Source of the DNA: an uncultured Verrucomicrobiae bacterium
GTDB lineage: Bacteria; Verrucomicrobiota; Verrucomicrobiia; Chthoniobacterales; UBA10450
NCBI GenBank assembly: GCA_963815455.1
Contig: CAWFGO010000003.1
Location: 416,001-480,000, forward strand
Direction of reading: 5' to 3'
DNA: 64,000 nt
This document shows, in pieces, positions 32,787 to 44,658 of this stretch. The notes under the pieces are model-generated. The model made no database searches. It saw only the letters and a program-made list of their open reading frames with translations, and was not told where the DNA came from. How positions within the stretch are numbered: the stretch's first letter is position 1; every line of letters starts with the position of its first letter. Position numbers and translations under genes: made by a program.

Positions 32787-34640
32787 ATGGGACGCACGCT
32801 TGTAACAATTACGCTTGCCGGAATTTTTGCGGTCAGCTCTGCCCACGCGGAATCGCCGAGCGTTACGGCGGTGTTGAGCAATTCGGAAGCGGGAGTGGGC
32901 GAAACGGTCCAGTTGCAGATCCGGGTCACGGGGGGCCGCAGTGCGGAAGCGCCCGAGGAGATCGCGGTCGACGGTTTGGAGATTCACCGCACCGGCACCT
33001 CGCAGCATTTGGAGATGAACAATTTCAACGTCACCTCTAGCGTGATCTACAGTTACACGATCTTGCCGTTGAAAACGGGAACGCTCAAGATCCCGCCCCA
33101 AACGATCCGCATCGCCGGGAAATCCCTTCAGACTCCGGAGCTGACGCTGCATGTCGTTGATTCGCCAGGCTCGGCCGCGCGCCCAAATCCAGGCGCGACC
33201 GGTGAACCGCAAAGAACCTCCGCCGGCAAGCTCGCGTTTGCCGAGCTCATTGTGCCTAAGAAAAGCGCTTTTGTCGGGGAGATTGTGCCGGTCCAAATCC
33301 GGCTCGGATTCGACCCGCGCTCGCGGCCGCGGTTGATCGATGGCCCGGAGATAACCGCCCAGGGATTCACGGCGCAAAAACTCCAGCAAACGGGAGAACG
33401 AATGGAAACGATCGATGGCAGGGCCTACACGGTCGTCGGGTTCAAAACGGCTATTGCAGCGGCCCGGGCCGGAAAATTCGAGATCGGTCCGGTGAAAGCG
33501 CGAGCGCAAATCTCCGTGCCGCGGCAATCGAGTTCGCAGCCGCGTCGGCGCTCACCATTCGACATGTTCGATCAAAACGATCCGTTCTCCAATCCGTTTT
33601 TTGACGATCCGTTCGGTCAGATGAACGAGCGCCGAGAAGTCGATGTTAAAAGCGAAGCGATGAGTTTTGAAGTGAAACCATTGCCGCCCAATGCGCCGCC
33701 CCAGTTTTCCGGCGCGGTTGGAAATTTCACGATGACAACCGATGCCAAGCCGACGAACCTGCAAGTAGGCGATCCGATTACGGTAACATCGACAATCACC
33801 GGGCGCGGAAACTTCGATCGCGTCAACGCGCCGGTCCTCGAAAACGACCGCGGCTGGCACAAGTACCCGTCGTCATCGAAGTTCAGTCAGGACGATGATG
33901 TTGGCATCAGCGGAGCGAAGAGTTTTGAAACGGTCATTTCGCCGAACGAAAAGAAGCCGAACATCCCGCCGTTCGTTTTCGCATATTTCGATCCGGCGAA
34001 AGAAAATTATGTGACGCTGCGCAGCGATACGGTGCCAATCAACGTGGAAGGAGGAGCCACTGCGGCCGCCGGATCGGCTCAGCCGGGGTCATCGCCCCCG
34101 GCTACAGCATCGATCCCGGCTACCATGACCGAGACGAAGCCGACGGATATTTTGTATCAGTTGACTGAACAACCGAAAACCGTGCAATCGTTTGTGCCGT
34201 TCTACGCCCGACGCGTTTTTTGGGCGGCACAGCTGGTTCCGTTAATCGGGCTACTGGGATTTGCCGGATGGAAAATTCGCCAGTCCAAGGTTGGTAATCG
34301 TGAACGACAGAGGATCGCGGCCTTGGAGCACGAGGCGGGAGATTTGATGCGCAAACTGCGCCGGGCCGATGTTTCACCGCAGGATTACTATGCCGAGGCT
34401 TCGCGAATGGTGAGGGTCAAGGCCGCGCTCGCGTCCGGCAGCCGAATCGATCCGAACTCTGTGGATCTGGAAACGGCGGCGGCCGCGTTTCGGTTGGACC
34501 AGCAATCGCAAGAGCAGCTCCGGCGATTGTTCGACCGAAGCGACGAATTGCAATACAGCGGCGCTCAAAACGGCGCCGAGACAATCTCGCGAGAAAACCG
34601 CCGCGAAGTGCTGGAGCTTATCGAAAATCTGCGAACGTGA
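32787..34640 (+). CDS. batD: BatD-family protein
   Basis: Signal peptide, VKPLP...FSGAVGNF, VGDPITV, YFDP; operon position. Confidence 0.88.
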   Translation: MGRTLVTITLAGIFAVSSAHAESPSVTAVLSNSEAGVGETVQLQIRVTGGRSAEAPEEIAVDGLEIHRTGTSQHLEMNNFNVTSSVIYSYTILPLKTGTLKIPPQTIRIAGKSLQTPELTLHVVDSPGSAARPNPGATGEPQRTSAGKLAFAELIVPKKSAFVGEIVPVQIRLGFDPRSRPRLIDGPEITAQGFTAQKLQQTGERMETIDGRAYTVVGFKTAIAAARAGKFEIGPVKARAQISVPRQSSSQPRRRSPFDMFDQNDPFSNPFFDDPFGQMNERREVDVKSEAMSFEVKPLPPNAPPQFSGAVGNFTMTTDAKPTNLQVGDPITVTSTITGRGNFDRVNAPVLENDRGWHKYPSSSKFSQDDDVGISGAKSFETVISPNEKKPNIPPFVFAYFDPAKENYVTLRSDTVPINVEGGATAAAGSAQPGSSPPATASIPATMTETKPTDILYQLTEQPKTVQSFVPFYARRVFWAAQLVPLIGLLGFAGWKIRQSKVGNRERQRIAALEHEAGDLMRKLRRADVSPQDYYAEASRMVRVKAALASGSRIDPNSVDLETAAAAFRLDQQSQEQLRRLFDRSDELQYSGAQNGAETISRENRREVLELIENLRT

Positions 34641-35384
34641 CGCTGCGAAATTTCATTGTTCATTTTTGGTGCGCGACGATTTGCATCGTTGGCGTTTCGT
34701 CCCTCTCTGCTCAAACCGACGCGCAATTTGCCAAAGCGACTCAGGAGTATTCGCAAGGGCATTACAAGGAGGCGATCAGCGGTTATGAAGAACTGGTTCG
34801 CGCCGGCCAATGGAGTGCGACTCTGTTTTATGATCTCGGCAATGCTTACTTTCGAGCCGGAGATTTCGGGCGATGCGATCCTGAACTACGAGCGAGCGCT
34901 CGCGCTGGATCGACATCATCCGGAAAGCGCAGCCAACCTGGGCATCGCACGCGACGAGGCGCGAGCACTTGAGATACAGCCGGGCTGGCTGGAGCGCCAC
35001 CTGCAATTCGCCAGCCTGAATCAATATAGCGTTGTTGCGGCCACGGCGTTCTGGGTAGGAATTTTTTGCGTCGCCGGATTGATCTTTGCCCGCCGCCGGG
35101 CGGCGGGAACGGTTGCGTTGTCGGTCCTTGGATTCGCCATTTTTGCCGTATCACTTTTTGCGATTTACAAGATCGACAACCAAAACAGAGGGCTGGCAAT
35201 TGTGACGGGCAACGACGTGACCGCACGCCTGGCCACAGCGGACAACGCGGCGAGTATTCTGGCGTTGCCGGCCGGCAGCGAGATCAGGATCTTGAGCAGA
35301 CGGGGCGACTGGATTTACGCGACGCTGCCAAACGATCAACGCGGCTGGATCCCGGCCGCGGACGCCGAGAAAGTGCGATTGTAG
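34637..35384 (+). CDS. batE: BatE-like TPR/SH3 protein; indel near 34868
   Basis: YDLGNAYFR, AILNYERAL, TM pair, C-terminal SH3-like GWIP. Confidence 0.82.
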
Positions 35385-35496
35385 TCTAAATACCTCGGCC
35401 TCACGTTTTTCGTGCGGGCGCGGCGACCCCAAAGCCCGCGTCAGGCGCAAAAAGGGCTGTGTCGGCACGGTTTCCGCTACAGGGAAGTCCTGCACC

Positions 35497-36582
35497 ATGG
35501 GCAAACGCGCGGATTCTGTCATCGGCATCGACTTGGGCAAGCACGTCTTTAAGGGCGTAACGCTCAAAAGAAAGGGCGATTCCCGCCTTGTGCTGACGAG
35601 TTTTGCCTCGCACGAGGTGCCCGAAACGTTCGCCACCGCCGATGACCTCGCACAGGAACTAAAACATTTGTTGCACGATCTCGGCAATGGCGCCAAGGCC
35701 TGCGTCGTAGCGATCTCCGATCCCACGGCGTTGTTACGCATCGTCGAACAACCCGAGACCCCGATCGATCTGCTTCGAACCGCCCTGCGGTTAAACGGCA
35801 TGGCCGTGCTCAATCAGGAGTGCCGGGAATTCGTGCTGGATGTCGCGCCCGTCAATCTAAACGGCAGCGATGAAATCAATCCTGCCGAAAAAGGCGCGGG
35901 CTCAGGATCGACATCGACAATGGTCCAGGGCGGCGTCGTAACGCAAACCAAATACCTGGTAGGCGGGATGCCGCGCCAGTTGGTAAAGCAAATCTCCGAA
36001 GCGTTCGCCAAGACCCGTCTCTCCGCGGAAATCTTCCAGGTCGGCCCGGTTTGTTCGTTCAACGCATTCGAGTTTGCTTATCCGGAAATATTTAACAACG
36101 ACGCCTTTCTGCTTCTCGATATGGGTCATTTGCAAAGCACGGTGCTGATCGGGAGCAAGGGTGAACTGGTACTGGCACGCAGTATCGATTACGGTGGAAA
36201 AATCCTCACCCACGCGCTCACCGCCGATGGAGCGCTGGAAAAAGCTGCGGCCTGGGCGCTGATTCAACAGGGGGACGAGGCAATGACGGAAATCTGCCGG
36301 GGTTCGCTCTCGCGGCTCGGCATGGAGGTGCGCAATTCCATCGGCTTTTTCGAGGGCCAGCGGGAGGAGAGCATCAATCGCATTTTTGTGTCGGGCGGCC
36401 TCGCCCACTCGGAAGCAGTGTTGCAAATGCTCAGCGATGAGCTTGGCCTGGCCTGCGAAGTTTGGGACCCGTTAGAGACATGCGAAGTGGCGGTGTCCGC
36501 GGCAAAACGCCAGAGCCTGCCGGACGAATTTGTTTCACTGAATGTCGCTTGCGGCGCGGCCTTTGAATATCTCAGGAACTAA
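35497..36582 (+). CDS. pilM: PilM-like actin-fold pilus assembly protein
   Basis: IGIDLG, LLDMGH, IFVSGG, VACGAA; followed by pilN/O-like genes. Confidence 0.8.
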   Translation: MGKRADSVIGIDLGKHVFKGVTLKRKGDSRLVLTSFASHEVPETFATADDLAQELKHLLHDLGNGAKACVVAISDPTALLRIVEQPETPIDLLRTALRLNGMAVLNQECREFVLDVAPVNLNGSDEINPAEKGAGSGSTSTMVQGGVVTQTKYLVGGMPRQLVKQISEAFAKTRLSAEIFQVGPVCSFNAFEFAYPEIFNNDAFLLLDMGHLQSTVLIGSKGELVLARSIDYGGKILTHALTADGALEKAAAWALIQQGDEAMTEICRGSLSRLGMEVRNSIGFFEGQREESINRIFVSGGLAHSEAVLQMLSDELGLACEVWDPLETCEVAVSAAKRQSLPDEFVSLNVACGAAFEYLRN

Positions 36583-36588
36583 CAGACG

Positions 36589-37242
36589 ATGGCACTTCAT
36601 CTCAACCTCCTCCACGAGGAGATTCTGGAACAAAGACAGCGCCAGCGCGATCCGCTAAAGATCGGGATGATGGTGCTGGTGGGGATTGGCTCGCTGCTCG
36701 TCCTCTACTATCTGTGGAACGTCTTTCGAACCCTTGAGATCAAGAGCCAGTTGTCCACTCTCAATCGCGACTGGGCCAAGGTCGAACCGAGTGTGACCGC
36801 CGCCCAAAAACGTGTGGCCGACCTCAATGAAGCGATCAAGACAACGCGCGCACTGGACGACTACATCGACAATCGATTTTTCTGGGGCCCGTTCTTGCAG
36901 AAGGTTGCCGAATGCGTCGCGCCCAACACACAGCTGACCGGAATGACGGGCGCTGTCTTGGAAGATAACAAAGGCGTCAACGTTTCCATCGAAGGCGTGG
37001 CCGCCGGCCGCGAGCCGCGATCCGTGGCTGAGGATCTGCGCCAGATGTTGCTGGAACAGCTCAAGAAGGCTTACAGCGATGTCAAAGTCGAGTTCAAGTC
37101 GCTCGAGGACGTCGACCAGATCGTGATCGTGAGCGGGACTCACATGGCGATGGCCCACTACACCCTCAACATTACCTTCCAGCCTCACGCCGCGTCCAAA
37201 GCCGTGCCCGCTTCTACCCCGGGCCGGAATCGCAAAAAATGA
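36589..37242 (+). CDS. PilN-like protein
   Basis: HLNLL N-terminal motif, TM helix, coiled coil. Confidence 0.7.
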   Translation: MALHLNLLHEEILEQRQRQRDPLKIGMMVLVGIGSLLVLYYLWNVFRTLEIKSQLSTLNRDWAKVEPSVTAAQKRVADLNEAIKTTRALDDYIDNRFFWGPFLQKVAECVAPNTQLTGMTGAVLEDNKGVNVSIEGVAAGREPRSVAEDLRQMLLEQLKKAYSDVKVEFKSLEDVDQIVIVSGTHMAMAHYTLNITFQPHAASKAVPASTPGRNRKK

Positions 37243-37812
37243 ACAAGATTAATTTGAACAAGGATCAGATCCAGAAGGTCGTGCTCAGCGCGATGGGCCT
37301 CGTGGTCTTGCTCTATGTTTACTTCAACTTTTTCCTCGGCCCGCTGGCCAACAGCCGCAACGCCGCGTTGGCCACGATCAAGGAGCAACAAGCGAAGCTG
37401 GACGGCTCCCAGGACGAAATCGCCAAGGCCGCCAAGCTCGAACACACGGCCAAAAACGCCACGGCGCGTTTTGCCGCGCTCAAGGCCCTCAATCCTGAAG
37501 GTGCGCCAATCGCCTGGTTTCCGCCTCGGGTGAAAACATTCTTTGCCAATCAGCAGATCGATAAAGCGGTGGCGCGTCTCGACAACAGCAGCGGATTCAA
37601 GCCAAACGAACTCTCCGGCTGGACGCGATATAACTGGCTAGTCGAATTGCCCCAGACCGATTACGGCGCGCTTGGCAAAGCCATCGCCGAACTGGAAAAT
37701 ACCGAGCCGCTGCTGGCGATCACGAAAATGGGCATTCACGTTCTGCCGGAACAGCCCCAGTTCCAGAAGGTCGATCTCGCCGGTGGAAAACATGATCACG
37801 GAGAAAAAATGA
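37239..37812 (+). CDS. PilO-like protein; indel near 37782
   Basis: TM plus coiled coil, YGALGKAIAELE; frame correction gives ...DLAVENMITEKK* with ATGA overlap to the next gene. Confidence 0.6.
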
Positions 37813-38216
37813 GAGAGTCCGCGTTTCTTCTCATCGCCGTCCTCATCGTTGTCAGCAATTCGTTTGCGGACGAGCCGGCGCCGATCGAGATAAAAAGCAA
37901 ATCATCCTTCAAGCTGGATGGTGGCCGCAATCCGTTTTGGCCTATCGGCTGGAAACCCTCGGGACTAACGGCCAGCACCGACGCGGCGGGCACGGCATCG
38001 GACATTCCCGAGAGCGCTTTCTTGTTAAGTTCCATCGCGATCGAAAAGGGAGCGCGCTTTGCAATCATCAACGGCAAGATCATGCAGGAAGGCCAGCAGT
38101 TCGCATTGCAGATGGGCACTTCGACTTATCAGCTCACCTTGAAAAAGATCGCGGATGGCAAGGTAATCCTCGGCCGGCGCGACCAGGAAATCGTCATCCA
38201 GCTTCGGCGGAAATAA
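37809..38216 (+). CDS. PilP/GspB-like periplasmic protein
   Basis: Signal peptide MRESAFLLIAVL, RNPFWP, LSSI, AIINGK. Confidence 0.6.
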   Translation: MRESAFLLIAVLIVVSNSFADEPAPIEIKSKSSFKLDGGRNPFWPIGWKPSGLTASTDAAGTASDIPESAFLLSSIAIEKGARFAIINGKIMQEGQQFALQMGTSTYQLTLKKIADGKVILGRRDQEIVIQLRRK

Positions 38217-38259
38217 CCGCGAACACATCGCGGCGCGAGGCGCGCCGCCATTCGGGAGA

Positions 38260-40306
38260 CTAGCCGACCGGCGCCCCCAGTTGCCCGATTGGAACGAACT
38301 TACTTTCGTGCAGCTCGACCGGCTTCGTCCCGCGAATCAGCTGCCACCATTGTCTGGCCGAGCCGATCACAATCAGCAAAACCAATACCAGGAAAAACGC
38401 TGCCACCATCGCGTCGACCCGCCAGACCGCGGCCTGCCGAACGAGTCCGGCCGCCTGGTTCAGATCGACAATCGTACCCGCCCGCTCTACAAGCGACTGC
38501 GCGCCGCTCAAGAAACCCAGCCTCGGTTCCGGCGAAAAAATCTTTAGATAGCCGGCCGAAAACGTCACCGCGCACATAAACGCAAGCGGCAGCAGCGTGA
38601 TGAACAAATATCGCGTCTTTTGCATTTTGATCAGGATGGTCGTGCACAGGCAGAGCGCGACCACCGAAAGCAACTGATTGGCCAATCCGAACAGCGGCCA
38701 CAGCGTGTTGATGCCGCCCAGCGGATCGATCACGCCTTGATATAAAAACCAGCCCCAGCCCGCGACCAAGAGCGCGCTCGTAGCACAATTCGCCGTCCAC
38801 GACCGCGTATTGCCGAGCGCAGGCCACACGTTGCCTAGCAAATCTTGAAGCAGAAAACGTCCGACCCGGGTTCCGGCGTCAATCGTCGTCAGAATAAACA
38901 GCGCTTCAAACATGATGGCGAAGTGGTACCACAGCGCCATCGCGGTCGGTCCCGCGGAAACGCGAGCAAACATGTGCGCCATTCCCACCGCAAACGTCGG
39001 CGCACCTCCGGCGCGATTGAACATGGTGTCTTCGCCGAGGCTGTGCGCCAAATTGCTCATCTGCTGCTCCGTCACCGGAAAACCGGCTGCGCTCACCGTG
39101 GCCACGACCTCGGCCGGCGCGCCTTTCGAATTGATCGCGAAATACTCCCCCGGCACGAGCACGCAGGCCGCAATCATTGCCATCAACGCCACCATCATTT
39201 CCGTGACCATTGCGCCGTAACCAATGTCGCGAATGCGCGATTCGCGGCCGAGCATTTTTGGCGTTGTTCCCGACGCGATCAGTGAATGGAAACCGGAAAC
39301 GGCTCCGCAGGCGATTGTGATGCAGACAAAAGGAAAAACAGGCCCGGCGAAAACCAGACCGGTGCCGTCAATGAATTTCGTGAGCGCGGGCATTTGCAGA
39401 GTCGGATGAATCAACATCACCGCTACGGCCAGCGCCGCCACCGTGCCCAGTTTCAAGAAAGTGCTCAGATAATCGCGCGGCGTAAGCAGCATCCAGACTG
39501 GGAGGATCGACGCCGCGAGTCCATAGATCATGATTGCCCAGGCCAGCCAGCGCGCATCGTGGCGGAACAAGCTTTCGATCGCCGGGAATTGCCCGAGAAA
39601 TTGTCCGCCCCAGACCCCAAACGCCAGGCCGAGCAATCCAAAAATCGTGATCACGGTCACGCTCACTTTTCCGCTGCGCAATCCCGCGCCCATGATCAGC
39701 GCGACTGGAATTGTCGTCGCGATGGTAAACACGCCCCACGGACTTTTTGCCAGCGCCTGGACGACCACGAGCGCCAGCACCGCCAACAGAATGGTCATGA
39801 TCGCCAGCACGCTTATCAAGCGCCAGCACGCCAACCCCGGGCCCGATTTCTTCCTTCACCATTTGGCCAAGCGTTTTCCCGCCCCGCCGGACCGAAGCGA
39901 AAAGAACGATCATGTCGTGGACAGCGCCGCCGAGCGTCGCGCCAATCAAAATCCAGAGCGTGCCCGGCAAGAAACCAAACTGCGCGGCAAGCACGGGGCC
40001 CACAAGCGGACCCGGTCCGGCAATCGCGGCAAAATGATGGCCAAAAACCATCCAGCGATTCGTCGGCACAAAATCCTTGCCATCGTTCCGACCACTGCCG
40101 GCGTGGCTCGCTCGTCATTAAGCACGAGAATTTTCGTCGCCAGCCATTTGCTGTAGAACCGATAACTGATCGAGCCCGCGCAAAGTCCGGCCACAATAAT
40201 CCAAAGCGCGCTGATTTGCTCGCCCCGGGAAAACGCCAGGACGGCCAAGCGCGCCAAGTCCCAAGAGCGTGACCGCAATCCAAAGCAGCTTTTTCCAGAG
40301 GCTCAT
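38260..40306 (-). CDS. cstA: Carbon starvation protein A / peptide transporter; about three indels
   Basis: FGHHFAAIAGPGPLVGP, PRDYLS, IACGAVSGFHSL, HFAIMFEALFILTT, WPLFGLANQLL. Confidence 0.92.
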
Positions 40307-40351
40307 GCGCTGATCATGATCCGCAATCGGGAAGCGATTTGCAATCCGCGT

Positions 40352-40411
40352 TGTAGCGGCGCTCTCCGAGCGTCGGACGAATTAATGCGACGGTCGGAGA
40401 CCGCCGCTACA
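40352..40411. repeat. GTAG-tagged REP-like inverted doublet after valS
   Basis: TGTAGCGGCGCTCTCCGAGCGTCG...CGACGGTCGGAGACCGCCGCTACA. Confidence 0.8.
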
Positions 40412-40412
40412 A

Positions 40413-43058
40413 TCATAAACTCCCCCGCGCTTGTTTCAGCTTCGCCAATTGCTCGACTGAAATTCTTCTGCCGTTGTCGATGTTCTTCGACTACCGCTGC
40501 CGGTGCTCGATCGACAAACGATTTGTTTTTCAACTTATCTTCTACCGTTTTCAGCTCCGCTTCGACTCTCGCGATTTCTTTGTCAAGCCGGTCGCGCTCG
40601 GCCGCTTTGTCCACGCCGCTAATCGTCAGGAAAATTTCACCCAACGAGGTCACCGCCATCGGCAGCCCTGGTTCTGCCTTGTGTTGTCGATCCAACTTCA
40701 CGTCTTCGGCATTGAGTAAACGAGCGAGCGTCGGCATCTCGTCTGGCGATCTCCTTTGCATCCGCGCGCAAAATAAATTGGGCCTTCTTATTCGACGGAA
40801 TCTTAGCTTCCGCCCGCAGATTGCGCCCGGCCTGGACCGTTTCATAAATCGCAGCGACAAGTTTACGCTTTTGCCCAAGATCGACATCGTCTAAGGCGAT
40901 CTTCTTTGGCGGCGCGGCGAACTGAATCGATCCCGTTCCCAGGCCTAGCAACGACCAAAGCTCCTCGGTAATGTGCGGCATAAACGGATGAAGCAAGCCG
41001 CGACATTGCCGACAACACGAAATCCATCACCGCCAGCACGGAATTCTTCCTCGCTTCGTCTCCGCTGAAGATGTCCGTCTTCGCCGCTTCCACGAACCAG
41101 TCGCAGTAATCACTCCAAATAAATTCGTAAAGCCTTTGCGCGACGGTGTTGAATTGATATTCGCGATAGGCCGTCTCGATCGCGTCGATCGTTTCATTCA
41201 ATCGCGCCAGAACTTCCACCGCGTAAATTGACAACTGTTTGTTATCGATCTTTGGTTCGGCCGCGCTCGAGCCCGTGCATCTGCCGAAATCGCGCCACGT
41301 TCCAAAGCTTCGTCGCAAAATTCCGCCCCTCTTCGATCTGTTTTTCGTCGAACCGAATGTCCTGCCCGCTCGGCGCGATCCGCATCAGGCCGAAGCGCAA
41401 TCCATCGGCGCCGTACTTGTCGATCAACTCCAGCGGATCGGGCGAGTTACCCAATGACTTCGACATTTTTCGCCCCTGCTGATCACGGATCAGGCCGGTA
41501 AAGAAAACATCGTGGAACGGAATGTTATCTTCGATGCGCTCCGATTTTCCCGGCTTGAACTCGAGCCCGGCGATGATCATGCGGGCCACCCAGAAGAAAA
41601 TGATGTCCGGCGCCGTCACCAGCACGCTCGTCGGATAAAATTTTTTCCGCGTCTCTTTGTCCATCGTCTCATACGCCCAAAGCCACGATGAAAACCAGGT
41701 ATCGAGCGTGTCGTCGTCTTGGATCCAATTTCCCGGATCGGCCGGTGGTTCCAGGCCGACATAAATTTGGGATTCTGGAACCTGGGATTTGGGATTTCGC
41801 ATACCAGGCAGGTATGCGATGTCCCCACCAGACCTGCCGGCTGATGCACCAGTCCTGAATGTTCTCCAGCCATTGGGCGTAAACTTTTTCCCAATGCGCT
41901 GGAAAGAAACGAATCAGGTGATCGCGCACAACGGCAAGCGCCTCCTCCGTTTTCGGATAGCGCAGAAACCATTGCTCGCTCAGACGCGGCTCAATCGGCA
42001 CGTCGCTGCGATCGCTGAAACCGACATTGTTTTCATACGGCTCCGTTTTCGAGAGCATCCCCTGCTCTTTCAATAACTCCGCGGCTTTCTTGCGCGCTTC
42101 GAATCGGTCGAGGCCATGCAACTCCGGAACCGCCGGACAATTTATTTTCCCGTCCGGCCGTGAGAACATCGACAACGGGCAGGTTATGACGCTGGCCAAT
42201 CTCAAAATCGACCGTGTCATGCGCGGGCGTGACCTTTAAAACGCCGGTCCCGAATTTCGGATCGATCGCTTCATCGGTAATGATTGGGATCTTTTCACGC
42301 GCCAGCGGACGCCAGGCGTGTTTGCCGACAAGATCGACATAGCGCTTGTCGCCAGGGTGAAACGCCATCCCGACGTCAGCCATGATCGTTTCCGGTCGCG
42401 TGGTCGCGACTTCCAGAAAACGTCCCGGTTCCTCGACAATCTCGTAACGGACATAGTAGAGATTTCCCTTCTGCGGCTTGGAAATGACTTCCTCATCCGA
42501 GACGGCCGTTTGCGCGGCCGGATCCCAATTAATCATGCGCTTGCCGCGATAGATCAGCCCTTTGTCGTAAAGATCGACAAAAACTTTTTGGACAGCGCGG
42601 ACGTAATCGTCATCCAGCGTGTAGCGCTGGCGCGACCAATCGCACGAACAGCCAAGCCGCTTGAGCTGTTCGATGATGATGCCGCCATGTTTGTCCTGCC
42701 ACTCCAGAATACGACGCAGAAATTCTTCCCGGCCGAGATCGTGCCGCGTTTTCTTCTCCGTCTTGCGCAAATATTTTTCGACCGCCGTTTGAGTGCCGAT
42801 GCCGGCATGGTCCATTCCCGGCAACCAAAGAACCTCAAAGCCCTGCATTCGCGCGCGGCGAGCGAGGATATCCTGGATCGTGTTATTCAGCACATGCCCG
42901 AGGGTAAGCATTCCGGTGATGTTTGGCGGCGGAATGACAATCGAGAACGCCGGCTTCGACGAGGCCGGATTGGCCTCGAAATCACGATTGTCGATCCAAC
43001 GCCGGTACCATTTCGGTTCGACCGATTTCGGATCGTAGGTTTTTGAAAGCTCAGCCAT
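40413..43058 (-). CDS. valS: Valine--tRNA ligase; about six indels
   Basis: [45 protein letters not shown] and C-terminal coiled coil spread over successive frames. Confidence 0.95.
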
Positions 43059-43258
43059 CGCGTTGAATCATCCGAAGCCCCGGCACGTTTGCAACCGGAT
43101 GTCAGGCAGCCTTGCCTGACTCGGCTGGCAGGCTGCCCGCCTGCCGGGATTCGACAGGCAAGCTGCCTGTCGGCCGAGCCAGCCTGGCAGGCGATCTTCC
43201 TTCGCTTCGTCATAACGCGCTTGCGACACGTTGGGACAGCCGCCACCTTTCCCGCTGC

Positions 43259-44078
43259 ATGAGCGACTCGCGCCCCATCGGCGTCTTCGATTCCGGAATT
43301 GGCGGGCTAACCGTCGTCAAGGCGCTGCGCGAGCTGTTGCCGAACGAGAACATTTTTTATCTGGGCGATACCGCCCGAGTCCCGTACGGAAATAAAAGTG
43401 CGGAGACGGTTGAGCGATACAGCCTCGAGCTGGCGGAGATGTTGATGCAGGAAGACGCCAAACTCATCGTCGTCGCCTGCAACACAGTTTCGTCGGTTGC
43501 GATTCCGAAGTTGAGGACCTCGGTTACAGTTCCGGTTATCGGGGTGATCGAGCCCGGGGCGCAGGCCGCCATTGCGACAACCCGGAACCGCCATGTTGGC
43601 GTAATCGGAACGCGCGCGACCATTCGCAGCGGCGCCTACGAAAACGCGTTGCGCGCACTCAATACTCACGTTCGTGTCAGCAGCTGCGCCTGCCCGCTGC
43701 TCGTGCCCTTGATCGAAGAGGGAATGCTGGATGACGAACTGACCGACCAGACGATCAGCGCGTTACCTCGAACCGATGATCGCCGATGGGATAGATACCC
43801 TTGTTCTCGGCTGCACTCATTATCCATTGCTTGCCGGCGCGATCGAGCGCGTCATTGGCCCCAAGGTGAAAATCGTCGATTCCGCGCGTAACTGCGCGGC
43901 TGCGGTCAAAGAATTATTAGATCGACAATCGCTCAGCGCCTCGGCCGATCAGGCCGGCGATCTGCAGGTAGCATTGACCGATGCGCCGGATCATTTTCTG
44001 CGCGTCGCCCGGGAAGCGTTGCAATTGGAAATCGGCGACGTGCAACTCCGTGAAGTCTTGCATCCGGCAAAGCTGTAG
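43259..44078 (+). CDS. murI: Glutamate racemase; indel near 43760
   Basis: IGVFDSGIGGLTV, PYGNK, VACNT, LGCTHYP. Confidence 0.95.
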
Positions 44079-44210
44079 CGGCGGTCTCTGACCGTCGAAG
44101 CTTTTCGGAATTGTAGGCCGTCTCTGCGAGACGGCGATTCAACGGAAAGGCGTCTGACACAAACGCCCTACAATCTCTGATCCTGTCGGCGGTCAGAGAC
44201 CGCCGCTACA
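44074..44210. repeat. Nested GTAG-tagged doublets (inner 44112-44172)
   Basis: Outer TGTAGCGGCGGTCTCTGACCG...CGGTCAGAGACCGCCGCTACA; inner TGTAGGCCGTCT...AAACGCCCTACA. Confidence 0.85.
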
Positions 44211-44553
44211 ATCTTGCCCTGCTCGCCTTCGGCAAACTCTCGACCACCAGCTCGTAAGAGTGATCCATCATCTTGCGAACTTCGGCATCGGGAATTCCAC
44301 CGTCGATCTCGACCGTGTTCCAATGCTTCTTGTTCATGTGATAACCGGGCCGAACTTGCTCGTAACGATCGCGCAATTCGAGCGCCAAATCCGGATCGCA
44401 TTTTAGATTCGCTGTCGCCGGAACTTCATCCAGCGACGCGAGCGCAAATATTTTGCCACCGACCTTGAAAACGAGAACGTCTTCGCCGAACGGCGTACCC
44501 TCGGTTGCGCCGGGTTTGTTCAGGCAATATTCACGAAATTGCTCGAGATCCAT
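44206..44553 (-). CDS. MmcQ/YjbR-family protein
   Basis: PFGEDVLVFKVGGKIFA, LKCDP, PGYHMNKKHWNTV. Confidence 0.92.
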   Translation of the reverse strand: MDLEQFREYCLNKPGATEGTPFGEDVLVFKVGGKIFALASLDEVPATANLKCDPDLALELRDRYEQVRPGYHMNKKHWNTVEIDGGIPDAEVRKMMDHSYELVVESLPKASRARL

Positions 44554-44564
44554 GTGAGAACACC

Positions 44565-44658
44565 GTCATCCCGAGCGAAGCGCAGCGGAGTCGAGGGATC
44601 CCGTGGAAGGGTCTCAAGGTTTCGCAACGGGATCCCTACGACTTGCGCTCGGGATGAC
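44565..44658. repeat. GTCATCCCGAGCG-type inverted-repeat element (non-autonomous)
   Basis: CGTCATCCCGAGCGAAGCGCAGCGGAGTCGAGGGATCCCGT...ACGGGATCCCTACGACTTGCGCTCGGGATGAC. Confidence 0.9.

Noticed and set aside
37239..38216. 325-aa PilO-PilP fusion shown in the ORF track
   Set aside because: One-base correction near 37782 restores a stop overlapping a new ATG with its own signal peptide
43095..43200. Multi-hairpin region upstream of valS as a T-box or riboswitch
   Set aside because: No T-box consensus or terminator; it consists of CAGGC...GCCTG palindromes and is more likely another dispersed repeat
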